DNA from: Lingula anatina
Lineage: Eukaryota; Animalia; Brachiopoda
DNA length: 64,000 nt
Assembly: GCA_051362555.1 (NCBI GenBank)
Contig: CM120641.1
Span: forward strand, 17,546,001-17,610,000
Reading direction: 5' to 3'
Positions within the stretch are counted from its first letter, which is position 1; every line of letters starts with the position of its first letter. The notes beneath the pieces were generated by a model. It saw nothing but the letters and a program-made list of their open reading frames with translations. It was not told the origin of the DNA and ran no database searches. Shown piece after piece: positions 54,745-64,000 of this stretch. Position numbers and translations under genes: made by a program.

Positions 54745-57187
54745 AAACAAGGCAGCAAAACGGACAAAAGTACAGACACCAAGAAAGAGAAAAATCTAAG
54801 CTGATTTGCCAATTTGAGCAGCATGTCAATGATTCTGTAAGTTTGAGAAATCATAGGTGACATGGTTTTCCTTAAAAGGACACTATATTGGCCAAAATAG
54901 TTTTTTTAAAATTTTGATGCAATGTTACACAATGCTTAACAGCATAATCACCACCAATTTTTAATTGTGCACTGCACTATTTTTAAAAAAAAAAAGTGAC
55001 TAGCAAAGGTCTTCAGGCCCATGAAATTTCAAAATCACACATTGAAAATGCCAATATGTACATAAGAGATTACTGTGCCCAAAGGAGTTTATTTCCATTT
55101 TCAACAATTTAATACACAATAACCAATTTACTTTCATTTTTAAATGATTGACTAACAAAATTTTTAAGATGAGACAAGTATCAATAGAACAATTATGAAT
55201 GTCCAATTTCTACATTCTGAGACTCTGAACATAGTGAGCGATTGGATTTGGCAAACTGCACTGGTACGAGTTTAATTCAGCTTTTGATACTTAATTACAC
55301 AATACACAATAACAGATTTTCCAGCATTTTCATTTAATCAACTAACAAAATTTTTAAGATGCCAGAAATGTCAAAAGAGCGGTTTTACACATCAAATTGG
55401 TTCAATACCGAGCATGATCGGGCCATTATTTTAGAAGTTATGCTTTTTTTCACATTTCCTCAGATTCAAGTCTTAGGCATGTTAACAGTCTCATTATTAA
55501 ACTAATAAGATACGCAAAAGTGTTTGTTTCACATTTCCTGCATCTTTACAACATTGTTAGTTGATTTTGTAAAAATGATGGTAAACTTGTTATCGTGTAT
55601 TGTGTAATAAAGTTTCAAAAATGGAAATAAACTCATATCATTGCAGTTTGTCAGATTCAATCATTCACTATGTTCAGAATATCAGAATGGAGGAAATTGG
55701 ACATTTAACACTGTTCTATTGATATTTTTCCCATCTCATCAATTTTCTTAGTTGATCATATAACAATGGCAGTAAACTGTTAATTTTATGTTAACAAATT
55801 GTTAAAAATGGAAAAAAAAACATTTCAGAACAGTGCTGCCTCGTTTACATTTTGGCATTTTCAAGTAGTGACTTTGAAGTTCCATGGGCCTGAAGACTTT
55901 TGCTAGGCACATTTTCTGAATATCCATGATACTAATATCTTATTATTAAAAATTGATGGTCATTATGCTGTTAATCATTATGTAATATTGCATCAAACTT
56001 TGAAGAAACCCCTATTTTGGGCACTGCTCCCATGATGACCATTTAAGGAAAACCATGTCACTTACTGTTCTCAAACTTACAGGAAAGAAACATGGGACTA
56101 AAATACAGTTTCAGTAGGCAATGCAGTCTGTTTGGTAAATTTTTCTGGCAGTTGAGCAGTTTTTTTGTGAAAATTTAATTTTTCACATATTGGCATTTTC
56201 AAGGTGTGACTTTGAAGTTCCATGGTCCTGAAGACCTTTGCTAGTCACATTTTCTGAATATCCATGATACTAATATTTTATTATTTAAAATTGATGGTCA
56301 TTATGCTGTTAAACATTATGTAATGTTGCATCAAAATTTGAAGAAACCCCTATTTTGGGCACTGCTCCCATGATGACCATTATGGGAAAACCATGTTACT
56401 TATGATTGTCAAACTTTCAAAAAAGAAACACGGGACTAAAATGCAGCCTGAGTTGGAAAAGCAGTCTAATTGGCTTCTTTTTCTGGAAGTTATACATTTT
56501 AGTGAAATATTCATTTTTATTGTGTTGGCATATTCATTGTGGGACTCAGAGCTCCCATGGACATGAAGCCGAATGGTAATCAAATTTTCTACATGTCCAT
56601 GCTATTTATAGTCAACAATCAAAAATTGGTGATAATTATTCTGTAATTTATTATGTAATGTTACATCAAAATTGACAAAATTCTTTTTGCACTGCTACTA
56701 CAAACATTATGAAAAGAAAACTGTGTTATTATTACATTTTAACTTACAAGTATGATTTTTAGGATTGGCATGCAGTTCAAATTAGAAAGCCAGCTAAATT
56801 GGGTTATCATTTATTATTGAATTTATGCAACTTTGTGTGAAATTTTTTTTCTCATTCTGGTATTTTCAAAATGTGAACTTGAACTTCCATGGGCCTGAAG
56901 CTTTATGCTTGTTACACATTTTACTTAATTTGGTATTACCTGTTGAGCATAATTAAAATTTGATGTTGAATTTTAATTATGCTCAACATCAAATTTTAAC
57001 TATGCTAAACAGGTAATTAAAATTCAACATCAAATTTTAATTATGCTCAACAAGTAATTAAAATTTGATGTTGAATTTGCAGTTAAGCATAATGTACTTT
57101 TGCATCAGAATCGACAGTAGCCTATTTTTGTGCATTGTTATTTTCCGCTTTTTGTCTGTACATTTGACAGCTTTGCTGCCTTATTGT
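54745..57187. mobile_element. Inverted pair of family B elements forming a ~2.4-kb foldback structure
   Basis: Outward-facing termini (AACAAGGCAGCAAAACGGACAAAAGTACAGAC at ~54745; GTCTGTACATTTGACAGCTTTGCTGCCTT at ~57153). 54835-55375 is the imperfect reverse complement of ~55530-56080. The right arm has four ~335-bp units (anchors 55883, 56221, 56556, 56888). Confidence 0.8.
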
Positions 57188-57369
57188 TAAAACAAAGAGC
57201 ACAGCAACGGCAAGGTCAACAGATGCAGGTGATGGCATTATGTGTTTGTACATATAAAGCCCACCCTCCTCCCCTTTTCTGTTCCAATACTTTTACAGCG
57301 CCTCTCCCATTTACTTGCATCATACTACTGTCCAAACCCATCCCAACCTGTCAACAAAATAACCAAAAT

Positions 57370-59537
57370 AACAGTTGGGTGGATATATTTTATTTCTAAT
57401 CCATTCATACTAAGGCATATGTAAACACTAAATAAATTATTAAAATATATCAAATTGCACTACAAATGCCATTCATTTCACTTACACTTCTACTTTGTGT
57501 AAGACCATTCATTCATCCCAACACATGCTCTGATAATAATATAGTAATATAATTACAATAGGGGACATTCTATTTTAACTGTTTTTGCTAATAAATCAAC
57601 AAGAGGTTATATACCATTGTCCCTGTTTATAACAATGATGTTTCCTTTTACTTTTTCTTTAATTAAAGTCTTCAATATCTCAAGTGTGGGCTGGAGGGTT
57701 TCTGTACACTTTTGAGTAGATCAGGATAAAGACTCAAACCTAATTAGAGTAGATTTTATCACATCTGTTTAATATAAATTGGTTAATGAACAAGTTAAAA
57801 CTTAGCAAAATCTGGATAAAAGTCATGAAGCACCATAAACTTTCTAATGCAGCAGTCTTGTTCACCATTTATGTTGGTTTGCCTTTACATCCTGTGACAT
57901 TTCACTACATCATGAACAAGAGATATAAATGAAACTTATTTGAAAATCTTTACAATCATTTTTCATGGTCTCGGAGAGAAATCTGTGCAGCACTGCGAGT
58001 GGCAAAACAGTATATAATTACTGCCAAAACAGCCCAAAGATGTTATCTAATTTATTGCACAAAAATTCTGCAGTATTTTCAGCTATCCAATCATTACATA
58101 AATACATTATTTTGCAGTCTGCATTTGTCCTACCTTAACTAACTGCTCATATAATATTTAAATAAATAAATAAACTCCAAGGACTTAAGTTTTAACAAAA
58201 GAACTTAATTTTCATCATCCAATTTAGGTCCCTTAATTTCTGTCCATAATCTAAGCATCACCAGTTTTGATGAGACTAGTCTTAATATATATAAACAATG
58301 CTGATATCACAGTATTAGCCATACACTTTTAACTTTAAACAATGAAAGACAATTCACAAACCACAAAACCTTTTCTTTAAAACTAAGAGTGAGTGCCATT
58401 TTGGAATAACATATAACAAACCAGTTGCTCATAGTATGAAACTGTGTATTATATTCAGCAATATGTATTGCTAAATTCTAATTAAAAAACAAGAAAAAAA
58501 AAAGAAAAGAAAAAAAGGAACAGATATGACAAGTGCCTATCACACCGTCTTCTAAGCTTCCAAAACCATCCTACGCCTTTACCTTGCATGGGTCATACAA
58601 ATATCTAGTCACAAGTTTACCTTTTTTCTGTCAGAGACCACATAATGCGCACACTTCAGTTAAAATAGTTGAAGAAAAGCAAGTGCTGACTGCAATCAAG
58701 TGACAATGCACATGGCATGTAGCCCAAAGAAAAAGGTTTCTATCTGTTTTGTAAGTAATGGGGAGTATGACACAGGAAAAAAAATTACCTGCTGGAAAGA
58801 ATGCCTTAGTGAGACTGATGGAGAGTAAGTCAAATTAAGTAACTGCATTCTAATCAGTTTTAAGAGAAACACCTTTTCATAACTCACTGAAGTTGATATT
58901 GAATTGCCATTCAAAAAAGATCATGCAATCCCTTTTTAGTCCGTAGCTTACTTTGCCAGCAAAATAAACAGTAGGTGGGTTTTAAAGAAGGGATTGTAAT
59001 AAGGGAACCACTTCCTGTAGTCATGACTAAGACATTGTTAAAACAGATATAAACCTAGCTTCAGAGTAGTTCAGACTGCTTTTTTTTGTGACAAAATATG
59101 ATCGCTGCTGATGTAACTGACATATAACACCTGACAATAATACAGCCATCTTCTATCATGCACACAACAATGGTCTGGACCAAGCTTGACATGGAAGCTG
59201 TACACAGGATGCAACCTTTCTCTTGTGTCATGGAAGAACAAAGCAGGGACAGATACATATCCAGAGATACCGATTAACAGTCTCATAAATTCTTATATTA
59301 CAGGCCATTCCCGGCCACACAGTTAACATATCTAAACAATCACAATGACTCTGTTTCCGAGAGATCTTAACCTGGAGAAAAAAAATTTAAGCCTCTTCAG
59401 TCTCTGTATGTAGCTTTCAAGCATCCATACAACAATTAGGGCCGGAATTTGATTTAATTTGTCATCTACATTAATTCCACATGTAGCAAAACATATAATA
59501 TATAATAGTCCACAGTAAAAGCATGGGCTGTTTCATT
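57370..59537 (-). other. Putative ~2.2-kb 3'UTR of the - strand gene
   Basis: Follows the stop codon. AATAAA on - strand at 57389-57394 is followed by a U/GU-rich downstream element (TTATTTTGGTTATTTTGTTG); an alternative AATAAA lies near 58051. Confidence 0.45.
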
Positions 59538-59773
59538 TTAACAGGATTTCTCTCTGTCTTCTCTCTGGGAGCCTGTGATAAGTGCCTTACTACTGGACGT
59601 GCTCCCATAGCTGGAGTCATCAGTGACGCAAGGGGTGCCTGGGAGAGACAGGGGTTCCACCAGGGCTCCATCATGGACTACCAAAGTCTGGTCTTCATTG
59701 TCCTCAAACACATTCTCATCCTGATCTGGTATCACATTCACTGTACTTGACAGTTCCTTCGCGGCCCCCATTG
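59538..59773 (-). CDS. Terminal coding exon of an unidentified gene entering from the right
   Basis: Very strong acceptor (long T tract + CAG on - strand at 59774-59800), phase 1. Open frame xAMGAAKELSSTVNVIPDQDENVFEDNEDQTLVVHDGALVEPLSLPGTPCVTDDSSYGSTSSSKALITGSQREDREKSC*, with GC content higher than flanks. Acidic/Ser-rich, resembling a disordered cytoplasmic tail. Confidence 0.7.
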
Positions 59774-61681
59774 CTGAAAAAAAAAAGAAAAAGAAAAGTG
59801 TGAAAAGGAAATGTGCCATTTAGCTGTGACGTGTCATAAAAGTGTCACCTAAGATAGAAATGAATATAATACCATAAAAATTTTTAAATCATTCCTGAGA
59901 ACCTTAGGGTTAAAAAGACAGGATAAATTTAGTATAATATAATATGATTTTATGAGCATAGGATAAAGATGGAATTGAGATACATGATTAACAACATAAG
60001 TACACACATAAACAGAACAATGTGATTTAACAGAACAATGTAATTTTTGAAACGAGCTAATGTATTCAAGTAACATTTCAGAGATACACAATGAACTGTA
60101 ATGGTAAGGACAGACATAAGCATTGAATTACTGGAAAAGGTACTCTTAAAGATGTGTGTTAATCAACCAGATGTTCCCACTAGTGTCACCAGATGGCATA
60201 ATTGCATCCGTTGGGATTGATCACATTCTTAGGTCTGATGAACTTCCTCCCCATGGGTGAGCGTATGTGAAATATTCATCTATTTTCATCACCTAGAGGA
60301 TTTCTTTTGGGCTTGTTTGGGACAGTTCTCAATTTCACTTGACTGCGTGACCTAATATGCCACTGCTAAAAAGGCCTTAACAGACACCCAGTACTTGCTC
60401 CTCAGTCTTGACAGTCAATTATTTTTATCAAACTACGTCTTGCACCACACTTGTCACAAGATTCTTATCATCTGGCCATGAGACAATTCTATTTATGATA
60501 GCATTATGAAAAGAAAGCACTCCAATCATTTCAATTATTTCACACCCTAGAGTCATAAGATACACGAGTATCATAAGCAAATTAGGAAAAAAATACAGCA
60601 CACATGCAACACAATACAGGCCTGGTCATGAATGTGTTCTGAAGCACTTTAAAGATAATAGAACCTAAAGTCCTTATTTAATTGCACATAGATTCTAGGA
60701 CAGTGAATCTCAAGGCTCGAACTACAACTACAGTTATATCACATAGGCAGATCTGGCAGGAAGTGGGAGCAATGGAGGGTTTTGGGAGGTGACATAGGGG
60801 ACATAGGCTAGACATTTAATCTTCCAGTTATGTCCTCTTGAAAACATAAAAATCTCTAAAAGCTGAAGAAGGGGGGAGAGGAGATGATCTACATCATCTG
60901 TACCTCTCCATGGAAAAAAATGTAATCACCCTCTGATTAGTTCTAAATTATGGAAACATGTTATTCACAATGTCACATTCGATATGGCACATGCAATAAA
61001 ATGCCACACATCTGAGCTAACTATGGTATCTGTGGCTGACATGATGCCCCATGATAGTTCACAATGGTAATATAATCTAACTGGCTTCGTAACCAACTCT
61101 GTTGTCTTTCTGGATTTGGCAATTGACATAATGCCACATGGCAGTTTTTCATGACCATATTTAATACAGGTAAAGTTGATTCTGACTGTCATACTTAATT
61201 TATCATCTTGATTTCAATGTGCGTATATCATATTGATATAAATTTAACAATAAAAGCTTTATGCACAAATTACAGTCCTTTTTCTAAGTAGTATAATCTT
61301 TAAATGCATGCATGTTATTATTGTCAGTCCAAATCCTGCTCCCAATTTCACTGCCAAATGCTAAATAAAAATATATCTTAACTTAACAGCCTGAATCAAT
61401 GCATTTCATATGAAAAACACACTAATGAGAGAGGTAGCTCCTATGGGGGGATAAAATGATGCATCATAAGCCACAACATACTTTGCCATACATTTCATTT
61501 TTTATTGTAAGCTATACATTTGCATTCAACCGTGTTCTAAAGTTAACTAATCAGGGGATTATATTCCAAGAAATTCATCATTTACATCACACCTGACAAG
61601 TTAAACTATTCCTCAATCCTTGGTGTGAGAAAGCAGTGGTTGAAAGCATTCTATGTTTTTACATATATCATTCCCATGCAA

Positions 61682-61893
61682 GTACTTGGAATCATCCACA
61701 AAAACCTTAAACAGAAGAGAACATATTTCAAATTGTACTTGGAATCATCCACAAAAACTTTAAACAAAAGAGAACATATTTCAAATTGTACTTGGAATCA
61801 TCCACAAAAACCTTAAACAGAAGAGAACACATTTCAAATTGTACTTGGAATCATTCACAAAAACCTTAAACAGAAGAGAACATATTTCAAATT
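61682..61893. repeat. Minisatellite, 4 x 53 bp
   Basis: GTACTTGGAATCATCCACAAAAACCTTAAACAGAAGAGAACATATTTCAAATT at 61682, 61735, 61788, 61841; nearly identical copies. Confidence 0.95.
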
Positions 61894-63098
61894 AAGGCAT
61901 TGTCAGTTATAATGTGTGTTAGACATGACAGTGTGTTGGATACGCAATTACCTGCTGCTAATAACGAGGCAATGAATCATAGAATGTGACACAAGAGTGT
62001 CACTTTTTCAACAGATTTTAACATTAACTTAATAAAAAACCTAATATACATTCCAGCTATTATTCTTAAAATATATTTTGCAGTAAACATTTTGGATATG
62101 AAAATCCACCAGTCTCCTAATCTGGCTCCTTTGCCCATTGCAATTAAAGAGGAATGACAAATTAGCTGTCGAAGTCCACATGACACCAATTGACATCCAT
62201 AAAGGTTTATTTTGTTCTAAGGAGAATAATACTTAACATAAAAAATTGAACATACTGACAAGTATCATATAAGCTGTTTCAATATCATTTTTGTGCCAAA
62301 GTAAGTGATTACTATAACTAAAACATAAGGAAGTATCATACAGTTAGACAACCTAAAAGTTCATATTCATTGAGACAAATTTTAATAGAGCCTAAGTATG
62401 CATCATACTGATATTTAATTCTTTTTAAAAACTTGCCCAGATGCTGTGGGGCAAGCATTTAGACTAAATGGTTTATAGGTGGATTAAATGTTATATCTGA
62501 CCTGTTAACATCTGACTTGATGGCTATATTTACCTGGATTATCTAGTACACAAATATGATTGCTTTTTACATGACTTCAGGTGGTGTTGTAACATTTATC
62601 AACGTGACACCTGACTTCATAAAATCCCAAGGCTGCATATCCCAGAATTATTGGTTTGCACACAGAAAACCTTTGGGAAATATTGCAAAGCTATGAAATA
62701 CTGCTAAAGATAGTGACATAAATCAGTAATTTCTACATCTTTCCAAATATAATGTCCTAGTGAGAGCAACTTCAAAATCAAGATGCATTTGGTCATCATC
62801 TTCTATAAATCCTTAAATTTCACTGACCACACAGTTTGCAATGGGGGATGTCCCTGGAGAAACAATATGGACATTTAAGGGCCCATTCTCAATGAAAACA
62901 TCATTCTACCTAGACCTATCCAAGGACTCTTGCTGAATGCAATCAGATTTACGTAACATGCCTCATTTCCAACATAATCATCAGCTTTTCTGTATTCTAC
63001 TCACAATTTTAACACACAAATATCCAGCATTCAGGATTAATATGTAAGACTCTTATCTCTGTGTAAACAGAAATAAAATTTTCCATAAAAACAACTTT

Positions 63099-63175
63099 AA
63101 CTAGACAGCAAAGCTGACAAATATACAGACACCATACAGGAAACAAGGCAGCAAAGCTGACAAATGTTCAGACGG
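63099..63175 (-). mobile_element. Two tandem family B termini
   Basis: AACTAGACAGCAAAGCTGACAAATATACAGAC (63099) and AAACAAGGCAGCAAAGCTGACAAATGTTCAGAC (63141). Confidence 0.65.
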
Positions 63176-63350
63176 TCAGATACAGAAAAGAGTGCACCAA
63201 ATAATGTGTTTGAAAACAACCTGCTTCTTTGCCAAACAAAGCCACTCAGTAAATTTAAAGTAAAACAAAAATATGATTTGGAAGTTATAAAAGATGATGA
63301 CCCAAACGTTATCAAAAAAAAAAAAAAATAATAATAATAATAATAATAAT

Positions 63351-64000
63351 AACTAGAGGATCAGAGAGGCGATACCGCCTCCGATTATTGTACCACCAGC
63401 TGGAGCAAGCGCATTCGTATAGACCCCCACATACACAAAATAAGGGACACAGCCACCAGTCTTTTGCTTGACAAGCTGTAAAAATGCAATCAACAAGAAT
63501 TTTCAAAATATGCAAAAAAATATATCAAAAGTTCATCAAAAGGTAGGTGAAAGGTCAATTTCACAGTAAGATTGCCAGTATATGACTTCCTATTCAACTT
63601 CAAAAGTAACTTTGGACCTATCTCTGCCAGTTTGGGAGATAAAAGGGAAGCAAAATTTGCAAAGTTCAGTTCATGGTGAAAAGTAGGTCAACGGTCAATT
63701 TCAAGGTCACATTTAGATTGCCAGTGTATGACTTCCTATTCTAGTTCAATAGTAACTATGGACCTATCTCTGCCAGTTTTGGAGATAAAAGGGAAGCAAA
63801 ATTTGGAAAGTTCAGTTCATGGTGAAAAGTAGGTCAAAGGTCAATTTCAAGGTCACATTTAGATTGCCAGTGTATGACTTCCTATTCAAGTTCAATAGAA
63901 ACTATGGACCTATCTCTGCCAGTTTTGGAGATAAAAGGGAAGCAAAATTTGCAAAGTTCAATTCATGGTGAAAAGTAGGTCAAAGGTCAATTTCAAGGTC
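63351..64000 (-). mobile_element. Family A Helentron-like element with homogeneous 146-bp tandem array (runs off window)
   Basis: Begins AACTAGAGGATCAGAGAGGCGATACCGCCTCC directly after (AAT)n. GGACCTATCTCTGCCAG at 63614, 63760, 63906 (period 146). Confidence 0.85.

Noticed and set aside
59774-59819. Phe-rich 'signal peptide' MAHFLFTLFFFFFFS of ORF 59538-59819
   Set aside because: It is the translated polypyrimidine tract of the splice acceptor.
61682-61893. Regular repeat resembling a CRISPR array
   Set aside because: Units are contiguous 53-bp copies with no unique spacers, there are no cas genes, and the context is eukaryotic.
62860-62990. Possible - strand exon (KADDYVGNEACYVNL...)
   Set aside because: Weak acceptor, no clear donor, and it ends in stops; cannot be joined credibly to the 59773 exon.

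Overview
AT-rich eukaryotic (metazoan invertebrate, probably a marine deuterostome such as an echinoderm; this is inference) genomic window that is mostly intergenic or intronic, so nearly all ORF-track entries are spurious. One complete protein-coding gene is well supported: a two-exon + strand gene (36928-38281) encoding signal peptide + death-domain-like helical bundle + TM + Cys-rich tail. It resembles vertebrate TMDD1, and the death fold would face the lumen or exterior. The 3' terminal exon and long 3'UTR of a second gene enter from the right on the - strand (59773 to ~57370), inside a CpG-depleted domain. The rest is transposon debris: two families of non-autonomous Helentron-like (HINE/DINE-1/pearl-type) elements with internal tandem arrays (146-bp and ~335-bp units), including a ~2.4-kb inverted pair; L2, CR1, RTE and RTE-X-like LINE 3' fragments (the RTE copy has a clear TSD); palindromic MITEs; a tRNA-like SINE head; a decayed Tc1 transposase; and minisatellites. 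No prokaryotic features or CRISPR arrays are present.
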